Shown here piece by piece: positions 17,617 through 27,348 of a stretch of DNA of 64,000 bases. Source of the DNA: an uncultured Pseudomonadales bacterium (GTDB lineage Bacteria > Patescibacteriota > Microgenomatia > UBA1400 > PJMF01); contig CAZKVV010000002.1 in NCBI GenBank assembly GCA_964556485.1, forward strand, positions 74,291-138,290. Direction: 5' to 3'. A program made the position numbers and the translations under genes. The number at the start of each line of letters is the position of its first letter. The stretch's first letter is position 1. The notes under the pieces were generated by a model. It had not been told where the DNA came from and did not search any database. It saw only the letters and a list, made by a program, of their open reading frames with translations.

Positions 17617-18680
17617 AGATAGCTCCGTACTACTTTGACAATTTTTTTACTGGCAGTTCCATCACCAAAGGTATTCATCCATTCAACATCTCCATCTTGA
17701 TACTTTTGCCATGCTTCATCAAAAAGCCGGGTATCTGCATGAATAATGAAGTTGGCGCTTAACGTTTCTGGTCGTTCTGTTGAGTCACGAAGTGTCATCA
17801 ATTTTTTACGTAGAACATATGCTTCTTCTTGTACGCCGCCAGAATCAGTCAAAATAAGCTCAGCATGTGATAACAGAGCTAACATATCAATATAACCCAC
17901 AGGACTACATACAGTGCATTTTTTTGGCAGTTCTATTTTCCATTTTTGTATAGCTTGTTGCGTTCTAGGATGCATAGGCCACAGTAACATTTTGCCCACT
18001 TTTTTTTGAGCATGAGCAAGTAGATCAACCAATGCTTCTAATTTTTGTTTTTCATCAACATTTTCTGCTCTATGAGCAGTTACTAAAATGTACTCACCAC
18101 TAGAAATTGAAAGTGTATCTAAGATATTTGATTTTTTTGCTAAATGTACATGTTGCAAAACCGCATCAACAACCGTATTTCCAGTGACTACCACTTTTTT
18201 ACCAAAAATTCCTTCACGCTTTAAGTTTTTTTTAGCTGTAGCTGTAGGTGCAAACAGTACATCACTAATTCTATCAACTAAAATTCTATTAATTTCTTCT
18301 GGCATTGCGTAATCAAAACTACGTAATCCTGCTTCGATATGTCCAACATCAATGTGTAGTTTTTTTGCTGCTAGTGCACCTGCAAGTGTGGTATTGGTAT
18401 CGCCATGAACGAGTACCAACTTAGGTTTGTATTCTAGGCAGAGTTTTTCGACACCTTCCATAATTTTCCCCGTTTGCACAGCATGACTTGCTGAACCAAC
18501 ATTGAGATGAAAATCTGGTATCGGCAATTGTAAATCAGAAATAATTAGACCGTCCATTTCATATGAGTAGTGTTGACCAGAATGAACGAAGATAAAGGGT
18601 ACATTTTGCTTTTGCAATTCATGTATTATTGGAGCAACTTTAATCAACTCTGGGCGTGTTCCCGTTAAGACAAGTATCAT
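17613..18680 (-). CDS. wecB: UDP-GlcNAc 2-epimerase, non-hydrolysing
   Basis: GTRPELIK, HSGQHY, VHGDTNT, HIEAGLRS, PEEINR, TDSGGVQEEA, TERPE. Start ATG 18680 overlaps the upstream stop (ATGA). Confidence 0.92.
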   Translation of the reverse strand: MILVLTGTRPELIKVAPIIHELQKQNVPFIFVHSGQHYSYEMDGLIISDLQLPIPDFHLNVGSASHAVQTGKIMEGVEKLCLEYKPKLVLVHGDTNTTLAGALAAKKLHIDVGHIEAGLRSFDYAMPEEINRILVDRISDVLFAPTATAKKNLKREGIFGKKVVVTGNTVVDAVLQHVHLAKKSNILDTLSISSGEYILVTAHRAENVDEKQKLEALVDLLAHAQKKVGKMLLWPMHPRTQQAIQKWKIELPKKCTVCSPVGYIDMLALLSHAELILTDSGGVQEEAYVLRKKLMTLRDSTERPETLSANFIIHADTRLFDEAWQKYQDGDVEWMNTFGDGTASKKIVKVVRSYL

Positions 18681-19864
18681 TTGATCCTTTTTGCTAAACG
18701 CACATACTCCTGCGCTCTTTGCTTCCATGAAAACTTGGATTCAACTAGTGTTCTGCCTGAGATTCCCATTTTTGCTTTCAATTTTGGGTTAATCATAAGC
18801 AATTCAATTTTCTCTGCTAAATCTATCACATTTCCGACTTTATAGAGTAACGCATTATCATTTTGAATTCTCTCTCTTGCACCAAGAGTGTCATTTGCGA
18901 TAAATGGGATTTGACTTGCTGCAGCGTCTAGCATAGCCAATGATTCTTGTAGAGGCCAGACTGCAACGTCAGAAGCAGCATAGAATGCAGGAAGCTCTGT
19001 TTGAGGAAGCATACCTGTGATATGAACATGTTTTTTATACTTTTTGCACGCTTCGAGACACGATTCTTTATATTCACTAGGACCATCCCCTACCAATATT
19101 AATTGCAGATCTTTCTTTGCATATTTGGATTTTAAAACTGAGAATGCTTCGCAAAGTACATGTACTCCTTTACTTGGTATTACTTTTCCAGTGTATAGCA
19201 CAACGAATGCGCCCTCACTGATTTTCAATTTTTTTCGTAGTGATTTCTTTTGTTGTGATGAAGGCTTAAAAAAATCACAATCGGTGCCATGTGAAATAAG
19301 TGCACATTTTTTAGTCACACCATAGTACTTCTTGATAATAGGTGTGGTGTCTTCTTGAACAGCTATGGGAACGTCAAGGGAAGTATTGATGAGTTTTGAG
19401 AAAAAAAATCGAAATGCTGCATAAAAACTATTTTTTATTAGCTGGTTACCAGATTGAAATTCAGAAGGTAAGTGGCTATCCACTGCTAAAAATGTAAAAT
19501 GGTGCGATTTCTTAGCGAGTGCAACTTGCACACATGCGGGAGTAGAAATACCGAACACAATAACGACATCTGGATGATACTCAACAATTTTTTCTTTAAT
19601 TCCAAAGAATAGTGATCGAGCAAAAAACTCCAAGTAGGTTCTCTGACGCGTTACTGGTATTTTATGTAGTGTTGTTTTACCTACACCAACTTTCCTGGGC
19701 CCTAAAACAGCTTTTACCGTGCTGTCATAGTCGGGAAATGGGAAATAACTATCACCTGTAAGAATTTCCACTGTATGTCCGAGTGAAACCAAACTTTCAG
19801 CAATTTTTGATTCAGAGTATCCAAATTGTGGTTGGTAGTAATTACAAACAATCAGTATTTTCAT
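18677..19864 (-). CDS. GT4 glycosyltransferase
   Basis: MKILIV, YTGKVIPSKG, LVGDG, YAASDVAVWP; degenerate E-x7-E (ESLAMLDAA). Confidence 0.85.
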   Translation of the reverse strand: MKILIVCNYYQPQFGYSESKIAESLVSLGHTVEILTGDSYFPFPDYDSTVKAVLGPRKVGVGKTTLHKIPVTRQRTYLEFFARSLFFGIKEKIVEYHPDVVIVFGISTPACVQVALAKKSHHFTFLAVDSHLPSEFQSGNQLIKNSFYAAFRFFFSKLINTSLDVPIAVQEDTTPIIKKYYGVTKKCALISHGTDCDFFKPSSQQKKSLRKKLKISEGAFVVLYTGKVIPSKGVHVLCEAFSVLKSKYAKKDLQLILVGDGPSEYKESCLEACKKYKKHVHITGMLPQTELPAFYAASDVAVWPLQESLAMLDAAASQIPFIANDTLGARERIQNDNALLYKVGNVIDLAEKIELLMINPKLKAKMGISGRTLVESKFSWKQRAQEYVRLAKRIK

Positions 19865-20538
19865 GTAATAAGGAAGGTGAAGTTGAAGAAGGAAAGATAC
19901 TGCAATTGATACCCTGCTTTTTCTAACTGTGATACGAGTTTGAACATGCGCATAAATGATGTTGGCTGATCAATTTCAACACAAATACATTTCGGTCTAA
20001 TAGCTGTAGTTGTTAGCAAATCATGTATAACGGCGTGTTCAGCTCCTTCAATATCAATTTTAAGTAGATCAATGGCAGTGTGACGCAGCACCTGCATGAT
20101 AGTTTCCAATCTGTAACATTTTGCCATAAAGAAGTCTGAGGTCTTTTGCAGATTTACAATAGAATGTGACACTGCAGTAGCATCTCTTGGAGTAAAAAAC
20201 TTTTGTGTACTGTTGGCATTCCAGAGCCCAACAGGGAGAAAATAAAAAGAGGAAGGAGTTTCAATAGAATTTAAATATCGAATTGCTTTTGGTGTGGGGT
20301 CAAAGGCAAACACTGTAGCACTATAATCGTGCATAATTGCTAGATCAAAGCTGATGTCCTCACCTACTCCACCGGAGTACACTAATGGTTTATGTTGCAA
20401 AATAACTTTTGGAACCCACCAAGCAGCTCCTGCATTTCCTAGCATGACGCCTTGTGTTTCTATTTTTCCATTTCCCCATATAAGCCAAGAAAGTACTAGG
20501 TTGAGATAAAAAATAAGAGTGTTATATAACTTGTGCAT
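19861..20538 (-). CDS. FkbM-family methyltransferase
   Basis: VYSGGVGEDISFD, AFDPTP, IDLLKIDIEGAE. Confidence 0.88.
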   Translation of the reverse strand: MHKLYNTLIFYLNLVLSWLIWGNGKIETQGVMLGNAGAAWWVPKVILQHKPLVYSGGVGEDISFDLAIMHDYSATVFAFDPTPKAIRYLNSIETPSSFYFLPVGLWNANSTQKFFTPRDATAVSHSIVNLQKTSDFFMAKCYRLETIMQVLRHTAIDLLKIDIEGAEHAVIHDLLTTTAIRPKCICVEIDQPTSFMRMFKLVSQLEKAGYQLQYLSFFNFTFLIT

Positions 20539-21691
20539 ATATATCTAATAATCTATTTCCGATTGCTTCCATAGAATACTTCTTTTCAACAAATGCAGCA
20601 GCATTCGTACCAAATAGGGTCCTTTTTTTTGTATCTTGAAGAAGATCACGAATTGCCTTTGCAATTTTTGCAGGATTTGGCGCAACGACTAATCCAGCTT
20701 TCTGTACAGTAACTTCTGGAAAGTGACAACCCTCGGTAAGTACCAGAGGTAAACCTACTGCTGCCGCTTCTAAAATACCCAAGGAAAAACCTTCAGAATA
20801 AGATGGATAGACAAAAACGTCTGAGGCTTTAAACAAAAGTGCTTTTTGCTCTCCAAAACATGCTGGTAGTAAGGTGATTTTTTTTGCAATGCCAAGATTT
20901 GTAATGCGATTTTTGAGTTCTTCTAAATAGCCATCGTCAGATCCAGCAATGACAACTGAAAATGACTCATCTTTAAGAAGTGCCACCGCCTCAACAAGCA
21001 AATCTAAGCCTTTTACTGCATGAATCCTACCTAGGAAAGTAACAAGCGGCTGCGAAGTTTTTAACTTTAATTTTTTTTTGGCAACTTCTTTAGTTACTTT
21101 TGTTTGAAATTCTGTTGCTGATACGCCGTGTCCAAGCATGGTGATTTTCTCTTTTGTAACTCCATGTTTAAGATAGTCAGCTTTTTCATTTTCCGAAGTT
21201 GCTATTACCACGGCTGCATGATGAAGTAGCTGCTTTCCGTAGAGTGAATAAAACAGTTGTTTGAAGACACTACGCTGGCCCATTCTTACTTCCTCAAGAC
21301 AACCGTGCACACTGAGAATATAGGGAATCTTGAAAATTCGAGCTAAAATGCCAATCCAAAAATTTTGCAATGTATAAAAATCGTGAATATGAATGCAATC
21401 TTGTTTCGGAACTTCTTGTAGGGCTTTGAGATACAAACCTGGTGTCAAAAATAGATTGTATACATATGCCAGTTGATTATGAATGTTCTTAAAATATCTA
21501 ACCGTAATACCATTTTTAGTAACATACAGTTCTTTAGGCATCCGTTTTTCTTTGTCATATCCGTCTGAGGTATACACAGTGACCAGATGGCCTTTTTCCG
21601 CAAAGTAACAGCTGGTGTCAAAGACAAGCTTAGCTGGACCTCCGTATGACCAAGCAGGATAAAAATAGGGAACGATTTGCAAAATTTTCAT
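20522..21691 (-). CDS. GT4 glycosyltransferase
   Basis: PAWSYGGP, FLGRIHAVKGLD, SYSEGFSLGILEA. Confidence 0.92.
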   Translation of the reverse strand: MKILQIVPYFYPAWSYGGPAKLVFDTSCYFAEKGHLVTVYTSDGYDKEKRMPKELYVTKNGITVRYFKNIHNQLAYVYNLFLTPGLYLKALQEVPKQDCIHIHDFYTLQNFWIGILARIFKIPYILSVHGCLEEVRMGQRSVFKQLFYSLYGKQLLHHAAVVIATSENEKADYLKHGVTKEKITMLGHGVSATEFQTKVTKEVAKKKLKLKTSQPLVTFLGRIHAVKGLDLLVEAVALLKDESFSVVIAGSDDGYLEELKNRITNLGIAKKITLLPACFGEQKALLFKASDVFVYPSYSEGFSLGILEAAAVGLPLVLTEGCHFPEVTVQKAGLVVAPNPAKIAKAIRDLLQDTKKRTLFGTNAAAFVEKKYSMEAIGNRLLDIYAQVI

Positions 21692-22596
21692 GAATCTGTC
21701 CTTTGTAGCACTTCATCAACTGTTCTAGGTATGAAACCTAACAATCTGGTTGATTGTACTGCATTCAGACAGGCATAGGGTACTCGATAATCCGCAGCCT
21801 GTGTACCAAAGTAGTCATTCATATTTTGTGGGCTAACCAATTGTGGGTTAAAGGAATTGAATTGAGCAATTTTTTGAGCAAACGCAAAAGGTGTGAGCGT
21901 TTTTGGATTGACTACATGTACTATGCCTGGAATTGATCCATGAATGACAGTTGAGATGCCTTTCTGTAGGTCAATGAGTTCAGTTGGCGCAATAAGCTGA
22001 TCATCAACAGCAAACCATGGCTTGCCAGTTTGAAATGATCTATACATTTTTGCGTACATCGTTGAGATTGTTATATCAGTAGAATAGGTAATGACCGAGC
22101 GAATAATGGTTGCATTAGTTCCGATTGACTCAACAATTTCCTCTCCTTTTGTTTTTGTAATGCCGTACCAACTTTTTGCATTGCGTAGTGCTGTTTCTTT
22201 TGGACAGGTAGCGTTGTTTGAACCAAAAACACTTTCTGTCGAAAGGTAAATAAAGCGCGCATCACTATTCTGAGCTTGAGATACTAAGTAGCGAGTTGCT
22301 TCTACATTTAGTTTCCAAACACTTCCCTTTTCACCGTTTTTTCTATCTTGTTCACATGCATCAACATGTGTTGCTGCAGCCATATGCAAAATAACATCTG
22401 GTTTGATACTTTTGACAGCCTTTTCTACAGCGCTTTGATCACATATATCAACTGAGATGGATTGGTTTGCAGGTATTGTCGAACTAGGTTTAGTGTGGAA
22501 AAAATCATAGATCTCCCAACTGTTTTGGTCGAAATGATGTACCAAATTGCGTCCAACCACACCAGAAAGCCCAGTAATAATCAGTTTTTTTCTCAT
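21688..22596 (-). CDS. RmlD-like NDP-4-keto-6-deoxyhexose reductase (second copy)
   Basis: ITGLSGVVG, HMAAATHVDACE, YLSTESVF, WYGITK, VDDQLIAPT. Confidence 0.82.
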   Translation of the reverse strand: MRKKLIITGLSGVVGRNLVHHFDQNSWEIYDFFHTKPSSTIPANQSISVDICDQSAVEKAVKSIKPDVILHMAAATHVDACEQDRKNGEKGSVWKLNVEATRYLVSQAQNSDARFIYLSTESVFGSNNATCPKETALRNAKSWYGITKTKGEEIVESIGTNATIIRSVITYSTDITISTMYAKMYRSFQTGKPWFAVDDQLIAPTELIDLQKGISTVIHGSIPGIVHVVNPKTLTPFAFAQKIAQFNSFNPQLVSPQNMNDYFGTQAADYRVPYACLNAVQSTRLLGFIPRTVDEVLQRTDS

Positions 22597-23648
22597 GATT
22601 TCAGAAGTTTTTTCACACCAGTAAAATAACTCTCTAATACTGGATTAACAATATGCTTTACTACAGAATTTTCAAACGCATCAAAGGTTATTTTTCCTGT
22701 GAAGTTGTTGAGTAGTGACGCATCACTTACTTTTCTTAGAGCCTGTACTTTCTTTCTGGCAGCTATGACTTTTGGTGCAAGTGCTAACAAAGAAAAGTAG
22801 CTTTTAAGCTTAACGACACCCCATCCTGAAATAAAGGCAAAAAATGTCATGCCAACTTCCATAAAAATTGCAGCTGGTAAAAACAGTATGATTGATTTGA
22901 GTGAATAGTTCTTAAAGAATGTAGCAAGTCTATTTCGTTCAATTAAAAAAAGTTTTCTATGTAAACTTAAATAGTTCTCTTTAGGAATGTATTTATAATC
23001 ATGATACAAGACACTTTCTTTGACAAATCTAAGTGTGTATCCAGCAAGTAAACATCTCCAAGAAAAATCTGAATCTTCATAGTACATAAAGAATTGTTCA
23101 TCAAAACCACCAAGTTTTAAAAATACGTCACTCTTCACACACATACCCGAGCCACTGCATGAGTAGATTAACCCAGAATTTGGAATGGATTTGGTTTTGT
23201 AGTCTCTGATCCAGTCGAATCCTAAAAAATGAGTGGTCTTGCCAGTTAAATTGATGGTTTTTTTATCAAATAAATACACTAATGGTTGGGTAACAGCCAC
23301 AGATAAATCATTTTCCATTGTTTCAATAAGCGGTTCAAATACAGCTGGTGTGACTACTGTGTCAGGATTGAGAATAAATAGATACTTCCCTTTTGCAATC
23401 TTAGCAACTTGATTGTGTGCGGCTGCGAAACCTACATTGGTTGCATTTTCAATTAGAGTAATTTTTTCTGATAATGAGACTGATTTAATGGTATCTATAG
23501 TAGTATCACTAGAATTGTTGTCAAAAATAATAATTTCAATAGCTAAGTATCTTACTTTGAATAGTGATTTGAGACAGTCACCAATATATTCAGCGGAGTT
23601 GCACGTTACAATACTGATACTTACTAACGGTTGTGCTGACTGCTTCAT
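22593..23648 (-). CDS. GT2 glycosyltransferase
   Basis: DNNSSD, NVGFAAAHN, LNPD, GGFDEQFFMYYEDSDFSWR. Confidence 0.92.
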   Translation of the reverse strand: MKQSAQPLVSISIVTCNSAEYIGDCLKSLFKVRYLAIEIIIFDNNSSDTTIDTIKSVSLSEKITLIENATNVGFAAAHNQVAKIAKGKYLFILNPDTVVTPAVFEPLIETMENDLSVAVTQPLVYLFDKKTINLTGKTTHFLGFDWIRDYKTKSIPNSGLIYSCSGSGMCVKSDVFLKLGGFDEQFFMYYEDSDFSWRCLLAGYTLRFVKESVLYHDYKYIPKENYLSLHRKLFLIERNRLATFFKNYSLKSIILFLPAAIFMEVGMTFFAFISGWGVVKLKSYFSLLALAPKVIAARKKVQALRKVSDASLLNNFTGKITFDAFENSVVKHIVNPVLESYFTGVKKLLKS

Positions 23649-24652
23649 AGATATCCATGCTCAAGATACCAATTCCCTGTGATACGCGTTCCTTTTTTGA
23701 ATGAAATTTTTGGTGAATAGCCAATCTCTTTTTTAGCTTTGGAAATATTATAGTAATACGGTGTAACCATGGTTCTAACTCTTGATGGAAAGAGTGGTAA
23801 ATGCAATCCAAACAAACTATTAAACACTGCACATACATGTGCGATTGGTAAAGCTAGTACTAGTGGTAAGCGACCTTTTGGAGCTGCTTTTGAGATACTT
23901 GCACTAACACAAGTTACCACTTCGACCAAGGTTGGCGCATCTACACCACCGATAATATACTCTCCATTTGGAATTTTAGATTTTGCAGCCAAGATTGTTG
24001 CATCAACGAGATCTTGCACATACACATAGTGCATTTTATTTTTTCCGTTACCAACTTGTAAAAACATCCCGCTCTGAATGGCTTTGTACAAAGCCAATGT
24101 TGGCCCCTTTTCTCTTGGACCATACACACTCGCTGGTCGAATGATTGCATATGCTAATCCAAAATCTTGATGTGCTTTTCTAACTCTTTCTTCAGCTTCC
24201 CACTTGGATTGACCATAAAAATTGGTGAAGGTTGGTTTATGTGTTTCATCCCAGTTTTCAATTGGCCCAGTGGCAGCAGGAAGTCCGTAGATACCAATGG
24301 TGCTGTAGAGAACAAACTTTTTTACACCATGTTTTTTACAACCATCGATCAAATATTGTGTTCCAAGTGCGTTTACATCTTGGTACTCTGCATAGGTAGG
24401 TCCATCAAAATCAATTCTTGCAGCCAAATGATATACGGTATCAATATCTTTAGTGATGATGCTCATTAGCTTTTTATCTCTAACATCACCCCTGACTATC
24501 TCAAAATCAGAAGTTGGCAAATTGGTTGATGGTTCATCGTTCCAGAGCAAAATACGAATATTTTTAGCCTGCACTCCTTCTGATAGTAGTGTGTCAACAA
24601 GATGTGATCCTATAAAACCACCAGCTCCAGTAATAAGTATTTTTTTTTGCAT
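23645..24652 (-). CDS. NAD-dependent epimerase/dehydratase (extended SDR)
   Basis: ITGAGGFIG, YHLAA, YGQSK, IRPASVYGP. ATG 24652 preferred over TTG 24667. Confidence 0.88.
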   Translation of the reverse strand: MQKKILITGAGGFIGSHLVDTLLSEGVQAKNIRILLWNDEPSTNLPTSDFEIVRGDVRDKKLMSIITKDIDTVYHLAARIDFDGPTYAEYQDVNALGTQYLIDGCKKHGVKKFVLYSTIGIYGLPAATGPIENWDETHKPTFTNFYGQSKWEAEERVRKAHQDFGLAYAIIRPASVYGPREKGPTLALYKAIQSGMFLQVGNGKNKMHYVYVQDLVDATILAAKSKIPNGEYIIGGVDAPTLVEVVTCVSASISKAAPKGRLPLVLALPIAHVCAVFNSLFGLHLPLFPSRVRTMVTPYYYNISKAKKEIGYSPKISFKKGTRITGNWYLEHGYL

Positions 24653-24691
24653 AGAAACAATGTTCAAGTTATTCTAATATATAGCAGATTT

Positions 24692-25399
24692 TTACTGAAA
24701 TTTAAGCAGAATACCAAACTTAAGTATGACCCAGACTGCTCTAATTGCGTCTTTAAATCCAATTTTTTTGCCATCTTCATACGTTCTGCCATGGTAGGAT
24801 ATTCCCACTTCATACATACGAACCTTCATGTGAGCAACTTTTGCTGTTAATTCAGGTTCAATGCCAAATGAATTTTCTGTAATGGTGATTTTTTGCAAGA
24901 CCTCATTTCGAAACATCTTGTAGCCAGTTTCCATATCAGTGAGGTTAACGTTATTAAAAATGTTTGATAAAAGAGTCAGATAGGTGTTGGCTAGATAGTG
25001 CCAAAAGTACACTACTCTATGTGCACGCGAGCCCATAAATCTGGTTCCATACACGACATCGGCTCGATCATCTAACAATGGTTGAAGGAGATGTGGTAAA
25101 TCATGAGGATCATATTCAAGATCTGCATCTTGAATAACCACATACTTACCAGTTGCTTTTGCAATGCCATCTCGGAGGGCTGCCCCTTTTCCACCATTTT
25201 TTTTTCGTAAAATGCAGATGTCTATTGAAGAGCTTAACTTTTTTAGTAATGCCCGCGTACCATCTGTGGATCCATCATCAACAACAATAATCTCTATGTT
25301 AGAAATGCCAGCATATCTGACAGAAGTGATGATCTCTTTTATTGTTTTTTCTTCATTAAATACGGGAACAACGACAGATAAAAGTGGTTGTTTACTCAT
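24692..25399 (-). CDS. GT2, polyprenol-phosphate-sugar synthase (DPM1-like)
   Basis: VPVFNEE, VDDGSTDGT, NGGKGAA, QDADLEYDP, DMETGYK, FGIEPE. Confidence 0.92.
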   Translation of the reverse strand: MSKQPLLSVVVPVFNEEKTIKEIITSVRYAGISNIEIIVVDDGSTDGTRALLKKLSSSIDICILRKKNGGKGAALRDGIAKATGKYVVIQDADLEYDPHDLPHLLQPLLDDRADVVYGTRFMGSRAHRVVYFWHYLANTYLTLLSNIFNNVNLTDMETGYKMFRNEVLQKITITENSFGIEPELTAKVAHMKVRMYEVGISYHGRTYEDGKKIGFKDAIRAVWVILKFGILLKFQ

Positions 25400-25745
25400 G
25401 TTTATTTTTTTCTAACTTCTCAAGTCTAGTAACTAATGCTTTTCTTCGCACAAATTGTTCTATCTTTTTTTCAAGTATCTTGATTTTGAAGTAACTAAAA
25501 AATAACACGACTGAAAGAATCATGAAGGCAATGACTACGAGGAGATCAAAAACTCTAGCAAAGTTAAGTAATCCTGTGATGCCTAAGAGAAGATGCGGAA
25601 AAAGCGCGATTACAATAAAAAGTATCCAGACAGAAATCCATGCCCACGTTTCAATTTTTGTTAAATTTTGTTTTTTATGATGAATGGTAACGACATAAAT
25701 CATGAAAAGTGCAAAAAATGCTGAAGCTATTTGAAATACGGTCAT
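25392..25745 (-). CDS. DUF2304-family small membrane protein (GacJ/Rv3632-like)
   Basis: 117 aa, 3 TM, W..VW....ALFP, RVFD, C-terminal LEKKIEQFVR; coupled to a DPM-like GT2. Confidence 0.82.
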   Translation of the reverse strand: MTVFQIASAFFALFMIYVVTIHHKKQNLTKIETWAWISVWILFIVIALFPHLLLGITGLLNFARVFDLLVVIAFMILSVVLFFSYFKIKILEKKIEQFVRRKALVTRLEKLEKNKHE

Positions 25746-26416
25746 AATGTTAACCTCCAGATTACCACACTCTGCATGAAATCAAGAGTATTAAGAATGG
25801 TCATTCCCTTGTCATAATCATGGTAAATAGTATCAATTGTTACTACACCAAAAGGGATTTTAAAACGGGAAACTCTGCAGGCAATTTCCATTTCAACTTG
25901 GTATCCCGGTGAAACCCAAAGTATTTTTTTTAGTACTGACTTTTTGAATGCTTTATATCCAGACGGAATATCTGGAATTAATGGTCCACCAAAAAATACT
26001 TTCACAACAACTGAAGCAAAATAATTAGTGACTCGTTTAACTAATGGCATAGTTGCATCGAGTGCTCTAACACCAAACACTACATCGTATCCTTCAGACA
26101 ATTTCTTTTCAAAAAGATGTAGTTCTTCCGGTGAGTGCTGATCGTCAGCATCCATGACAATCACTGCCTCTGCCCCACAATATTCAAACGCATATTCGCA
26201 ACCAGTTTTGAGTGCAGCTCCTTTGCCTAAGTTAATTTCATGAGAGAGAACATGCTTGGTATATTTGGATGCAATGAGTGCAGTATTATCTATAGAACCA
26301 TCATCAACAAAAATGACATGTTTTGTTTTTTTAACAACTTTTTCGAGCACTCTTGCTATGTAGGTTGATTCATTGTAGCCAGGAATCACAACCCAAATTG
26401 AGTCATCTAGTGTCAT
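25742..26416 (-). CDS. GT2, polyprenol-phosphate-sugar synthase (GacI/PpgS-like)
   Basis: IPGYNE, VDDGSID, HEINLGKGAALKTG, MDADDQH, DIPSGYKAF. Start 26416 overlaps the galE stop (ATGA). Confidence 0.9.
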   Translation of the reverse strand: MTLDDSIWVVIPGYNESTYIARVLEKVVKKTKHVIFVDDGSIDNTALIASKYTKHVLSHEINLGKGAALKTGCEYAFEYCGAEAVIVMDADDQHSPEELHLFEKKLSEGYDVVFGVRALDATMPLVKRVTNYFASVVVKVFFGGPLIPDIPSGYKAFKKSVLKKILWVSPGYQVEMEIACRVSRFKIPFGVVTIDTIYHDYDKGMTILNTLDFMQSVVIWRLTL

Positions 26417-27339
26417 GTAGTTTTTTTCCACAGATCTACAAAGTAGCGAACAGTTTCAGCAATGCCATCTTCTAGTGAAATTTCTGCTTTCCAGCCCATT
26501 TGTTCATGAGCTTTCTGAGCGCTTGCATACAGCTGACGAGGGTCTCCAGGTCTATCTGGATGATTGACTACACGAGCTTTCTTGCCTAAGCATTTTTCGA
26601 TAGCAGAAACGAGGTCTAAAACTGAAGCAGGTTTTTCAGTTGAGAGATTGAAGTAATGGTATTTACTTTGATGCTCTGAAGAAAAAGAAATTGCAGAAAG
26701 ATGACCAGCCACTATGTCTCGGATATGAATGTAATCTCGAAGATGGCCCCCATTTCCCCAAACGGTTACTTCTTGATCGGAATAAATCTGTTCTATAAAT
26801 CGGGGTAGTGCATGTGTTTCAGGTTCATGATGCTCTTCTGGGCCATACAAATTGAAATATCTGAGTGCGACTCCAGTCATTCCAAAAGAAGCTACATACG
26901 ATGAGATCAAGCCTTCCATTGCAAGTTTGGTCATGCCATAGGGATTAATTGGCAAGGTTCGATCATCTTCTGTAATGGGAATGGTTTTTGGTTCACCATA
27001 TATTGCTGCACTTGAAGAAAAAATGAATGTAGGAACATTATTCTTTCTCATAGCTTCAAGTACTGAGACTGTGCCACTAATGTTGTAATCAACAAATTTT
27101 TGTGGAAACTTCACTGATTCACCTGCTTCTATCAGTGATGCTAAGTGAAAAACTAAATCAACATCTTTAATTTCAGCTTCCATCTTTTCTGCATCACGAA
27201 CGTCAGAAATAATCGTTGGAAATTCTTTACTCTCACGTAAATCAATGTTTTTAACTGAGTGCCCTTGCTCTACTAACGCCCTGAGCAAGTGAGTGCCTAA
27301 AAACCCTGAACCACCAGTAACTAGTATTCGTTTTTGCAT
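26413..27339 (-). CDS. galE: UDP-glucose/UDP-GlcNAc 4-epimerase
   Basis: TGGSGFLG, AGESV, FSSSAAIYGEP, PINPYGMTK, LRYFNLYG, ETHALP, RDYIH, RPGDP; SD AAGGAG at 27345-27350. Confidence 0.82.
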   Translation of the reverse strand: MQKRILVTGGSGFLGTHLLRALVEQGHSVKNIDLRESKEFPTIISDVRDAEKMEAEIKDVDLVFHLASLIEAGESVKFPQKFVDYNISGTVSVLEAMRKNNVPTFIFSSSAAIYGEPKTIPITEDDRTLPINPYGMTKLAMEGLISSYVASFGMTGVALRYFNLYGPEEHHEPETHALPRFIEQIYSDQEVTVWGNGGHLRDYIHIRDIVAGHLSAISFSSEHQSKYHYFNLSTEKPASVLDLVSAIEKCLGKKARVVNHPDRPGDPRQLYASAQKAHEQMGWKAEISLEDGIAETVRYFVDLWKKTT

Positions 27340-27348
27340 ATCAACTCC

